This document shows positions 12,691-25,215 of a DNA stretch of 64,000 nucleotides, piece after piece. The translations under genes and the position numbers were made by a program. The stretch is taken from contig NC_043013.1 of NCBI RefSeq assembly GCF_006345805.1, positions 17,236,001-17,300,000 on the forward strand, written 5' to 3'. How positions within the stretch are numbered: position 1 is the stretch's first letter; the number at the start of each line of letters is the position of its first letter. The notes beneath the pieces are model-generated. The model had not been told where the DNA came from. It saw only the letters and a program-made list of their open reading frames with translations, and did no database searches. The DNA comes from Octopus sinensis. Taxonomy: Eukaryota.

Positions 12691-13864
12691 GCATGAGCAG
12701 GTGTTTTGGTTAAGATGGCAACATGATGATATCTGTAATATCGATATGGACAGTGGGATGGATGTTATCTACAATCACATGAGCAGTTAGTGTTATCAAC
12801 AATAACAACATTGACATATTTGGTGATATCGATATAAATATAATTTGGTGTCATTGACAGTGTCAACATGAGACCATGTGACGATATTTATGGTATCAAC
12901 ACAAACAGCTTGTAATATTAATAGCAGCAACATGAGAACACTATGTGATATTTAATATATCAACCTGACACTTATTGCTACCAGTAATATCAACAAGGAT
13001 AGTCTGAAATATCATGGATACTTGGTGATACCATTATTATTATTATGTCATACCTGGACATGTTTTAGTTCAACAATATCATATTTTATACATCAATATG
13101 GCATTCTTATAAATGGATATGATGAGGTTCAGCTATATCCTGTTAGAAACACATCCTCAGTGGTATTAACAATATCAACATTATGTGTTGATATCAAAAA
13201 TCATTTATATAACAACAATATCGTATTGTACATGGATACCAACTTGTGCATGAGCACTTGGTGTAATATCACTCATATTGTACAAAGATATTTAAGTGGT
13301 ATCAGTAATAATACTATACCTGAACAATTAGTGATATCAAATAATGTATCTTGTTATATATATCTGAACAGTTGGTGATATCAAAATATCTCATGTTGAT
13401 AATGTTATATATACACACACATACATTTACAATTGTTGATCTCCAATGATATAGCATGTTACATATAACTATGCAGTTGTTGATATCAAGCGATATTTTA
13501 TTATACACATATGCATCTAGACCACTGGTGTTATCAAAGCTAAACATTATACATGTGTGTACATGTGCAATTAGTGATATCAATATATCATGTTAGTTGT
13601 ACAACATGTGGGTATCAACGACATCACATACTACTCTACACAGACAACTTTGTGATAACCAGTAATATCATATAAAAAAAACATGGACACTGCCTGATAT
13701 TATTTTTTTTCCTTTCTCATGATCACCCCCCCCCCATACACAAAAACTGTGATACAAACCTGGTGAAGGATGTTATTGGAGACTTTGTCATTTCTTTTTT
13801 GTTTCCTTCATATTTTTTCCTCTTCGTTTCTCTTGAGAATTTTATCTGTTTACCTTCCATGACT

Positions 13865-13874
13865 AATAAATAAA
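13865..13874 (+). promoter_or_regulatory. Candidate polyadenylation signal for PIK3C3 (overlapping AATAAA x2)
   Basis: AATAAATAAA about 1.2 kb after the stop, with T-rich sequence downstream; no transcript evidence. Confidence 0.25.
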
Positions 13875-14639
13875 AGATTGATGATGATGATGACTGTCGA
13901 CTGCACACTACAGAAATTATTTGTCCAAATTGAAGAAAGAAACCAAATTGATTTTCTTCTGTTGTCTTTCTTTCTTTCTTTCTTAATTTGTCTTTCTCTA
14001 TGCTTCTTTCCCTTTTTTTGTTTGTTTTTTTGGGGTTTTTTTCTTATTTTTATTTTCTCCCCACCCCATTTTGTCTATTGTCTATGGAACTACAGACTAC
14101 AGAACAATCCAGGGCTCACACACTTGTTCTAAAACTCTGAACAACACAAAGACACATGTACAAAAGTTTTTCTCTGGAAATGTCCGATACTTGCTGACTT
14201 GTGTAAAAATTGGTGTCATTTGCAGCATTGGTGACGATCATTCTCTTTCCTTCTTCTCTACTCACCTCTTGCTCCATACACACATTTCCACAATAATGTA
14301 AGTTTAAATTAAGATAAATTAATAGAAATAACAAAAAAAAATTAAAGAAATATAAAAACATGAGAAAAAATTTTAAATTAATTAAAAGAGAACAAAAATT
14401 ATAAAAATTTTCCATCCATTGTTTGTGTTCAGTATTTTTTCCTATTTTTGTGTTGTGCTTTGGGGGCAATCATATTGCAAAGAATCTTCATGAGTTTATT
14501 TATGTTGTTTACAGAGATGGTGCTGTTCCTAAAAAACTGGCAAGATTCATTTTTTTTTTTTTAGAAAAGAGATAGTGCCAGAATAAAGGGTGGCAACTCC
14601 AGATGTATTACTCTGCTGTCAGATGTCAGCAAAGTTGTG

Positions 14640-15015
14640 AAGACCTGTTGAGGCAAGTGAAAATCAAAATCAAAAATCAAAATCGATCAACATGAATGGA
14701 AATTGTAGCTGTGATACCAGTGCCGGTGGCACATAAGAGAACCATCTGAACGTGGCCGTTGCCAGCGCCGCCCCGACTGGCTTCCGTGCCAGTGGCACGT
14801 AAAAAGCACCATCCGATCGTGACCGTTTGCCAGCCTCGTCTGGCACGTAAGAAGCACCCACTACACTCATGGAGTGGTTGGCGTTAGGAAGGGCATCCAG
14901 CCGTAGAAACATTGCCAGATCAGACTGGGCCTGGTACAGCCTTCTGGCTTCCCAGACCCCAGTTGCACTGTCCAACCCATGCCAGCATGGAAAGCGGACG
15001 CTAAACAATGATGAT
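14640..15015 (+). mobile_element. RTE-associated 3'-tail repeat with GTGCC-N3-GGCAC modules
   Basis: Same family as 3378-3670; its 5' end AGACCTGTTGAGGCAAGTGAAA matches the minus-strand copy ending near 58420. Confidence 0.8.
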
Positions 15016-15879
15016 ATCTGTGTAATTGACGTCTTTCCTGAATCTCTGTGTAGTTTGCATCCTGGTAGAGGAACAATGGATATGATATTTATATCAAGAT
15101 GGTTACAGATGAGGAGAACATGAGAAATCTTGTCCAAATTTTCATTATCTAATAAAAAGCTTTCAATAATGTGAATGAGGCAGCTCTGTCAAAAATACTC
15201 TACCAGCATGTTGGTCTGCATAACTTTGTATTGTTAATTACCCTATTTGCCAGCATATAGGATACACCCTAATTTCCAAGGTTATTTTGTGGCAAAAACA
15301 AATTTAGTATGAATTTTTCATTTAGAGAGAAAAAATATTTCTTAAAGGTAACAGGGTCATTAGATAATGTAAGATATATATAACACCAAGTAAGTAAAGG
15401 GGTTATGGATCCAACCTACTAAGGGATAATATTTATCCAAATATACTGTTGGTATAATACCCAAATTCTTAATACATAAATGTTTTTAATTGCAATGCAA
15501 TTAACTTATTTATTTTATTAAATGGGTGAAAGTAAAGAAATATTTTACCATTAATTTATAATACAAATAAGAAAATGGAGAAACAATTTAGTTGGTTCAT
15601 CAGCTTTTGGATATTATAATTGTGGTGTTAGTAGTGTTATGGGCTGTGATGGAGCTATGTAGTGTTGGTGGAGGGGATTGCAGATGAGGTGAATGGAAGT
15701 AAGGCTTGCGGGGGCCGGTGGAAGAGGGACTGGCGCATGTGTGGGCAGGAAGCATGGCTCAGTGGTTAGAGCATTGGGCTCACAATTATGAGGTAGTGAG
15801 TCCACCTGTGATAGAGGAGCATCATCAATAAGAACTGGGATGGGGGGTTGGGGAGGAGTAAATACAGGAAGGCTGACTG

Positions 15880-16420
15880 GGGAGCTTCAGTTTTTCAATG
15901 ATTCACTTGAAGACCAAACAGAATAATTTCTGGTCATTGAGTTAATCATGTGTTGAAGAAAGGCAGGAGTATGAGATGGGGCAGCGGAATCATCTGCATA
16001 TTGAATTTCATACACCACAGATGAGCAAGGTTTTGATGTAGCTTTCAGACAGCAATTGTTAATGATACTGTCATCATAGTAGCACTTGATATGAATTCCA
16101 TCTTCTTTGGTGAACTGTCTCCTTGAAAGAAGGGTTACAGCCACTAGGCAAACATTAAACAGCACAGGGGCATGAATGCGTCCTTATTTTACCCCCACTT
16201 AGACATTAAAGAGTGACACTCTTGCTTGCATATACTGTCATGAAACCTCTGGATGATAAAGAAAAATGTTGGTGGACAGCCAAACTTCTGAAGCAGGCGC
16301 CACACCATAGGAGAGTCGACCTTGTCAAACAGCTTTGTTAGATTGATGAAGACTACAATCTCCAGCATCTTTTGTTAAGTTGGTTGTGATTCAGATGCTA
16401 GATAACTGGCTCCCAAAGTT
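15880..16420 (-). mobile_element. RTE-clade LINE reverse-transcriptase remnant
   Basis: FINLTKLFDKV..VWRLLQKFGCP..FHD, GVK*GRIHAPVLFNV, VVYEIQYADD; stops and frameshifts present. Confidence 0.85.
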
Positions 16421-16610
16421 TATCCTCTTCAGCAAAATCAAGACTAGTGGCAGGCCTCAAGCAGTCATTCATTTTATGCAGTTTACCTCCCAATTGTTTG
16501 GAGGCCATGGTAGTCTGTGTAAGTCGCAGGATTTACCTCTTTTGTATTGGTCTTGCCAACCACATCCACTGTGTTTGTGTGTGTATGTATATATGTGTAC
16601 ATATTACATA

Positions 16611-18329
16611 TCTATATATATACACACATATATATATATACACATATATACTTTTAAATATTTGAATAAGTCCTATTGTATTATTTTGTATACTATATAA
16701 ATACTGATTGTTATGTAATGATCTAGTTGTTGAAGTTATGTATATAATTTTTAGATTTTAACTACGTTATTTTTAAGATTTTACTTAGCCAAAGAGATAT
16801 ATAGATCGTTAATAGTTAATGATTTTTTTAAAGTTAGGTTTCTGGTTTTAATCTATCTCATAATTATATTAATATTTATGTAAGTAGTATTGGATTAATT
16901 TATTTATTTTTCTTTATATGTCTATACATTTATTAATAGCATAAATTTTAGTTTTTAATCACTATATTTGTTGATAGTAATTTAGTTATTATTTTTAAAT
17001 ATTTTATAATTATTAGATGTGAACTTAAATCTAAAATATGAATAATGATTATTTACTTAAATAATTTGGTAATAAAATTTTTGAACTATAACTGAGTTAA
17101 GGTTATTTGTGAGTTTATTATGTTTTTTTAAGCCATGTTATATATTCATAAATATCTCTTATAGTTGACTTAGTTCTATTATAGCTTAAATATAGCTATT
17201 TTCAATTGATAATTTGTAGTAGTATTTTTCATTGATAAAATATATTCGTAGTTTTCATAGTTAAAGAATTTTCTATTTGTTTATTATTAGTTTAGTTAAT
17301 GACACGATTTTTGAAAAATAAGTAAACCTTTTTATTAAATTCATTTTAACATTTTAATAATTTATGTTATATGGTTTTTATTGGATACTATATAACTACG
17401 TATTGATAATTTGATTGTATAAGTATTTAGTTGTTGAAGATATGTATTTCATTATTAGATCATAACTATACGGTTTTTGTAAGTTATTAATTAGCTGAGA
17501 TATATTGATCGTTAAATAGTTATAGGGTTTTTTAAAGATAGATTATGTTTACAATTTGCTTTTTCATCTTTAATTTTTTTAATATATTTCATAAGTAATA
17601 ATGGAATAATTAATTTATTTAGTTTTTTATAATACATATATTTATTGATAGAGATAATTTTAGATCTTAATTATTATATTTATATATATTTATTGATAAT
17701 AATTTAGTTATTATTCAAATATTTTATAATTATTAGATTTGAACTTAAATTTAATAATATGAATAGTGATTATTTTTTTGTTAATAATTAGGTTATTCGT
17801 GAGTTTATTATGTTTTTTAAAGCCATATTATATCTGAATAGATAAATACATTTTCTATCTATTTTTACCTTAAAAATTAATATTTAACATTATAATTGGA
17901 TTGTATGACATAATCCTAATCGTTAAAGTTTCTAGTTTGATAATAGAGTTTTTTATAAGAAAAATTATTATTTTATTTATTTCTTAAAAAATATTGTTTA
18001 AATATATTTGCTTATTTATTTAACTATTATCATTAACCTAAAGATTGACTATAACTATAATTCGTATTTTTAATTGAATTTAAATTATTGTAATTCGAAT
18101 CAGGTTATGGCCATGAAATGTACGTAGTGGTTTTACTTATTATCTTATATTAAACTTTTTAATACTTTTTGATAGTTATATATATTTAAAAAAATAAATT
18201 AAAGTTTAAAATTTTAAAAATATAAAATAAATTTTATATATTTTGTATATTATATTATGTTTATTTTTATGTTTTTCATTGTTTGATTTGCCTAATAGTG
18301 GTTTTATCTCTAATTTAATTTATATATAT

Positions 18330-18377
<48 letters not shown>

Positions 18378-18464
18378 TTATACAAATATATGTACAACTT
18401 GATTGTACCATAATATACAAACTATGCCATTTAAATCCCGAGCAACACCACGTAGGTCTGCTAG
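16611..18464 (+). mobile_element. Putative non-autonomous Helitron enclosing an AT-rich duplicated array
   Basis: 3' end CCCGAGCAACACCACGTAGGTCTG-CTAG|T at 18437-18465; candidate 5' end A|TCTATATATA at 16610-16620; a related 3' end is at 43269-43296. The 5' boundary is uncertain. Confidence 0.55.
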
Positions 18465-21400
18465 TTTATTATAAAACAAAAAGAAAGAACCATATTATGC
18501 ATAAGATACAAGGATCCTGGTTGGAACACCTTTGATCACAGTTCTCATTCATGTCCAAACTGAAGCAACAACAAAAACAACAAGGTATATATAGACAGTT
18601 TTTATTATTATTATTATCATCATTCAGTACAAAAAAATGTTCCTTGAATATTATTTGCATATCAACAATTCCATTTATGTCCAATTGAGTTTTATTTATT
18701 TATTTTTATAACATCATCTTCGGCTTAAAGCTGAGAACACGATGCAATGTGGTAATGTTGGTGTACACACCATGTGATAGTGTATACATGGTGTGGCTGT
18801 GTTGGTATACACATCATGTGGTACAACAATGCACACATGATGTGGTATACACCAAGTGGTGGTACATTACACAGCGTATGCACCATGTGGTACTCAATAT
18901 ACACACCATGGTATAGTAGTGCTGGTGTACAAGACATGTGGCACACATGATGTGACATTCTGAATGCTGGTGTTAGTGTTCATTTAAACTTGAGAGCTGT
19001 TATTGTTTATTATTTATATTTTTTTAATTTTGTCTTAAAATTTTTTTTCCCTGCCAAAAATTGAAACACAAACGTTGTTGCTAAAAAAAAATATCATTTT
19101 CATGTACTTGCTCCCATTTTTTTTCTTTTCATTTTTGTTTTTTTTTACACCAATTCTGGCAAACTAAAATATCGGTGTCAAGTTTTGTTTGTTTTTTTGG
19201 GGTTTTTTTCCAGAGGATACCAACAAAGACGATAATTTGATGGAGATGGTAATGATAATGTAGATGATGATGATGATTGGTGAAGACGATGATGGTGATG
19301 AGAAGGAGGATGACAGATAATAATGATGGTGATGATGACAAACTTCAACTACCAACCAAAAGCTAAAAACCACAACTAAGAAGTCTATGCCTTTACATTG
19401 CTTGTGCTTGTGCATACACATATATATATATATACACACACACATAGATAGATAGATAAGAACGCACACACATACATACATAACCTAAAACAGCCAACCT
19501 ATTGGCCGCTTAAAGACAACCCATTTGTAAATATAAGGTAACTGAAAAATAAGAAAAATAAAGCCAATTAAAAAAATTAAAATATTTTTAGAATTAAAAA
19601 AAAATTTAAATTTTTGTTTTGTTTTCTTGTTTTTTTATGTGAATCAATCACTGAATCCTTTGAAAGATAATTAAAAAGGAAGGGATCAAAGAAGTGGGTG
19701 GGAGAGGGGTCCAAATAAGCTATTAAGTGAGAAATAGAGAGGTGAACATGCAAATTGCAAATGAAATATTTCTTCATATCTTTGTAAGTCCCTTTAAACA
19801 TACTAGAGCAGCAGTGAATACATTGTCCCCGTGTGGAGTAATTTCAAGGCAAGTGAAACTGATGAACACCAATACTCCCAACAATCTATACTCAAGGAAG
19901 TTAAATAAAAAAAAAAAAAAAAGAATCCCTCATCACATTCACAATACTCTCCTTGAGCCAGTGACAGTTGAGTGTTTTAGCGGCAGACATAGTTTGGTAT
20001 AAGTAAGAAGGTACAAAGGACTCTTTCATTGAGTACTCAAGTACTCTTCTAGTACTCTACCTCCTCAGCCATCTGACACACTTTTTACATATTAATAAGA
20101 GAGTAAAAAAACAAAACAAGAAAAAATTCAAGGTCATCAAAATTAATTAACCTGCCTGAATAATTAATTAACTAGTAACTATTGACAGACAGATACTCCT
20201 AATTAATATATCATTGGCAATCCTTCACTGTTGTGATAACACCACAGATTAAAGTTATTGCTTAATGCAGACATTCTAGAAGCAAACAATATAAAAAATT
20301 TTTTTTAAACTTCCTTTCTTTACAAGGGGCCATTCCATAATCCATGAAATTACTTTCTCAATAGACTGATTCTTCTACTCGAGAAGATGAAGAATCCCAA
20401 AGCATTTTCAAATTACAAAAAAAAGATGGTTGCAAGGTAGAAAATAGAGGAAAATACTTGGAGCAGAGTACATGTATACATACATAGCAGAAAAGCATAA
20501 ATTTCACATATAGTTCATGCTTTAATTGTGCTTAACAGCTGTTTCTTTAATATAAACATCATTAAATATATAATTTACTGCAATGGAATAATGTGATGGA
20601 GTTTAACGGCCTGTAATTAACTGAACTCTAAATTCCCATGGATTTATTTTTTGGTGCTTGTATATCAATTCTCTCTTTCTCTCCCTCATATAAAACCATA
20701 ACATAGAAACTCAATATGGAAATTATGTGAACTATGAAAATACTTTTTACTGACTAATTATTTCCTATTGTAAAAAATTCATTGAGTAATACAATAAAAT
20801 ATTTAAAAGGACTTTTTTTAACTGAATTCATTCAAATATTTTATATATATATATATATATATATAGATAGAGAGAGAGAGATTGATTTCATTGAAAAGTG
20901 CTAAGTGAAGCTATAGATTTGTTGCAATTTTATCTTTTGAATTTCATGCCACTTTAAGGCTAATCTCCAGGTGAAACTGAAAATTCAAAGACAAAGAATT
21001 TGGTAAAGTAACAGTGCTAGAAGTAATGACTCCTAATACTGTCACATTAGCAAAGATTGGGTCTTTGGTATTTGTTTGGGCAAGAATTCTTTAAATCTTT
21101 TCTTTCTGAATTCTTAATATATTTTTGCACTTTTCAATGTGAAGACATCGCAAATGAGAAGTGTTAACTTAGCTCAAACAACAAACAATGCATATGTGTG
21201 TGTGAGAGAGAGGGAGGAGGATGGCAAAGGGTATCTGTTAACAGCTTCCTATTAATGCTTCAAGATAGTACAACCACTATACAAACTCAACCCATCGTTG
21301 CTATATACAAAACCATATCCAACAGTAAACAATACCTTCACATGGTACCTAACTTACAGACAGAAGGATGCAATGTTGGAGATAAAATATAAATCAACTG

Positions 21401-24400
21401 TTCTTAGCCTTGTATGCAAACTAGCATCTTATCCTGACCAAATGTGCTTAGTCACTATGTTTAAAATTACAAATTATTAATTATATGAAAGCTTAAAAGA
21501 AAATAGAATGACACAGACCTTTTGGAAGGAAGTCTTTGTAATATGTGAAGTGATTTCGCTGTTTACAGTTTTTCAAACACACTTTATATATATATATATA
21601 TACATACATACATACATACATACACACACAAATACACAGACATACACACGTATCCACACAATGCTTAAAGGTGCCATAAACATGAAGAATGTATTAACAT
21701 AATAAATGTAGTGATCATTAACAAACTACCTATCATTATTGTTATTAGAGAAGTGGATTGGCAGAATTGTTAGAGCATTGGGCAAATTCCTTTTGGTGTT
21801 TAGCTTTGGTTCTTTACATCCTTAAAGAAGTTCTTAGGGGAGATTCAGCATGGCACAGAATGTGACAAGGTTGGCTCTTTCAATTACAGGTGCAACTTGT
21901 TTTGCCAGCTAAATGGATTGGAGCAGTGAGAGATAAAATGACTTGCTCAAGGACGCAATGCACTGCCAGGAACAGAAATTAAGACCTTACAATCATGGGC
22001 CAAATACCCTAACCACAAAGTCACATACCCCCACAAGCCATGCTTATAGTCTATTGAAACACTGTTATGTACCTGTGCACACCTTAGACAACAGGTTCAG
22101 AATGGATCAATGCCAAAAAGTAGCTTCTTTCTTAGATATATTGTGTGTAGGGGTGTGTGTGTAATCAGGAACATTCTATTACATAGTGGTAGGTACGTAT
22201 ATGTGTACATTTGGTGTATGGTGATATATCACTGTCTATCAAAGTATCTGTCCAGCTACATGTGTACCTAGATGCATCTATATCTACCTATCTCTGAATT
22301 CGTGTAAAAATGCAAAGGACAGTCATAATATAAACCTAAAGTAGATAACGAGGAGGACTGACAAGAAATTTAATAGCATCGTTATTACTGAATCTCTAAA
22401 TTTTTATTTAATATCTAAATTCATAAATTTATGCCCTCATCATTATTGTTGTTGCTATTTCTAATTTAGGCACAAGGCCAACAACTCTGAAGTTAAGGGC
22501 TTAGTCAATTGACATCACTCGCAGTATGTAAGTATCTTATATTGGAGGGATAAAATGTAAAGTTGATCTCAGTTGGATTTGAATTTGGAACATAAAGACC
22601 TAGAACAAATACTGCAAGGTATTTTCCCCCAATACTAACAGCTAATATTAATGACATTAAGGATGTTAATCATTGATGGCAGTGATGACAAAATGGTAAT
22701 TAAAATCTGATTAAATTAAAAACTTTTACTTATTCAACTCCTCCATACCCAAAATTGAAAAAAAAAATCCCTTGAGCAGGAGAAAGGGACAAAAGGGGAC
22801 AGCACATATTGGATGCATTTTTATGTATTTTTTCTATTTTTTTTCTACTGGTGTTTTGTTTTTTAAAAGAAAACATTTCTACTCAAATACCATGTTGTTG
22901 GTATCGAATACCTTCCTGTTTTATAAATAATTAATACTAATTAATATTATTATTATTGGTTTTTGTTTTTGTTAAATGTCTTTGAAGATACTGTTTTTAC
23001 AAAATCAAAATAAATGAAATGTATTTAACATAAAAGAAAATTAAATCAGAAAGAGATAAACATAATAATAATATTTCAAAATCTAAATTAAAATTTCAAT
23101 TAGTATCCAGTACAGTTTTTTTGGCAATTTTTTTTCCATTTATAAATGCTTTTTTATGACAAATGAGATATACATATATGTAAAAGGCAATAATAATAAT
23201 AGTAATAATGATAATTGTTTAAACATTGGTACATCAATCAAATTGATACTTTTTGTCTTATCTGTTGGTTTTCTTTTTCAGCTGTTACAAAAATCAGAGA
23301 GAGAAAGAGAGAAGTGAATAAAATGAAATGACAGAATAACTAAATTGTGATATTGAATAAGGTACTGTTTGCTGTTTTGATAGAGAGATACAAACGCAGT
23401 GAGAGATAGAGAGAGATAAACAGGCAGACAAATAGGGCTACAAACATAGACAAACAGACAGAAAGAATGGATAAAACAACTAAAAGCTAAAAGGAAATTG
23501 TTTGTCTAGAAAAGGAAAAAAAATGATGATAAAATAACTGTTACAGAACTTGGACGTAATTTTTTCTGTAAAAAAAGAAAATACTTGATATTGTACCCGT
23601 ATTCTCAGCTTATAAATAAAAAAAAATTACTTTAATTTAATCACTCTTTTTTTTTTTGTTTTGAAGCACATACCTTAAGTGCACTGCACCATACAGACAC
23701 ATATTTCAAGGGTAGAAAATTCCCATCTATGTAGCTAAGTATGGAAGTATATGAAAGGACCAAAACAACAGACATTTAGAACTAATCTAAATTACATGCC
23801 CAAATGATTAAGAAATACATATTTTTTTCCATAATAGAATTATCAACACAAGAGTTTAAAGAAGTATTGTTTTTTACTCTCTTCATTACATAAAGAAGTG
23901 TGTGCATGGTACGTGTATATATGTGTGTCTAGAAGTGAAGTTAGGAAACACATTGGGGTAAAATGATGTCTACAAGGATTAAGAGACCATGACAAAGAAA
24001 GAGAGGATGAGGATGAAAATTTTTTGAATGAATTAACTAAAACTTCATCAGAAAAATTAAAATGTCTTTTTGGATAACGTAAACAAAAGATTTTGAAACC
24101 CATTTAGGCAAGGAGCATTCAGATCAGCTTCGTTAAAAACTTGTTACAGATGCTAACTCTTTTTATGGTAAGACTCAAAACCCTGCTGGCCACTGCAGGT
24201 ATCAGGGCAGAAGAACAGTATCTTTAGCAGAACTCATCTTGTTGCAACCGTTTAGAGCAGGTCTCTGGCGTGAGGGGAGATAACTGCCTCGACTTGCAAC
24301 TTCTGACTCCAACACCTGACTGTTTCTCCCTCCTTCCTTTCATCTCAGATTCCCACCCTACTCATCTAAAAAGTTCCGGACCAAAAAAAAAAAACTGTCA

Positions 24401-24859
24401 TGGACACTACTTCTCCTTTAAAATATATGAATTGAAAAATACTTTCCCTACTCCTAGTTTACTTTTTACACTTGCTAACACAAACCACCACTAGCTCCAT
24501 ATATCTAGTGACTGATATTAGAAGGGAAAGATATAAAGAGACAGATAGAGAGAGAAGAATGCAATGTTATTAGGAAACAGACAAAAACAAACCTACAATA
24601 TACATGATCACACACACACACACACACACACATTTTTATTCTTTTACTTGTTTCATTCATTTGACTGTGGCCATGCTAGAGAACCACCTTTAGTTGAACA
24701 ATACAACCACAGGACTTAATTTTTGTAAGCCTAGTACTTATTATATCAGCCTCTTTTGGCGAAACATTAGTTTACAGGAATGTAGATACACCAACATTAG
24801 TTGTCAAGTGATGGTTGAGGTACAAACACACATAAATATATATATGTATATATGTTCTC

Positions 24860-25215
24860 TTACAGTGCCGGTGGCATGTAAGAGAACTTTCCGTTTCGCG
24901 ACCGTTGCCAGCACCGCCCCGTTTCGTGTCCGTTGCCAGCCTCGCCTGGCCCTCGTGCCGGTGGCACATAAAAAAGCACCATCCGTTCATGGCCGTTTGC
25001 CAGCTCTGTCTGGCACCAGTGCGGGTGGCATGTAAAAAGCACCCACTACACTCACGGAGTGGTTGGCGTTAGGAAGGGCATCCAGCCGTAGAAACACTGC
25101 CAGATTTGACTGGGCCTGATGAAGCCTTCTGGCTTCACAGACCCCAGTAGAACCGTCCAACCCATGCTAGCATGGAAAACGGACGCTAAATGATGATGAT
25201 GATGATGATGATGAT
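24860..25215 (+). mobile_element. RTE-associated 3'-tail repeat
   Basis: Family motifs plus a (GAT)n tail at about 25190-25215. Confidence 0.8.

Noticed and set aside
13022-13583. ORFs of 118 aa (+) and 89 aa (-) after the PIK3C3 stop
   Set aside because: No recognisable domain; they overlie the degenerate GATATC repeat in presumptive 3' UTR.
15789-15800. let-7-like TGAGGTAGT sequence
   Set aside because: Similarity stops after 9 nt, it lies in a SINE head, and there is no hairpin.
16690-18310. Confident NUMT call
   Set aside because: The composition looks mitochondrial, but I found no 12S/16S conserved motifs, no tRNA cloverleaf and no long ORF under the invertebrate mitochondrial code in the stretches I translated. 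Kept only as a hypothesis.
25115-25135. CTGATGA as a hammerhead core in the RTE-tail copy
   Set aside because: No stem II or GAAA follows, and other family copies lack the motif.
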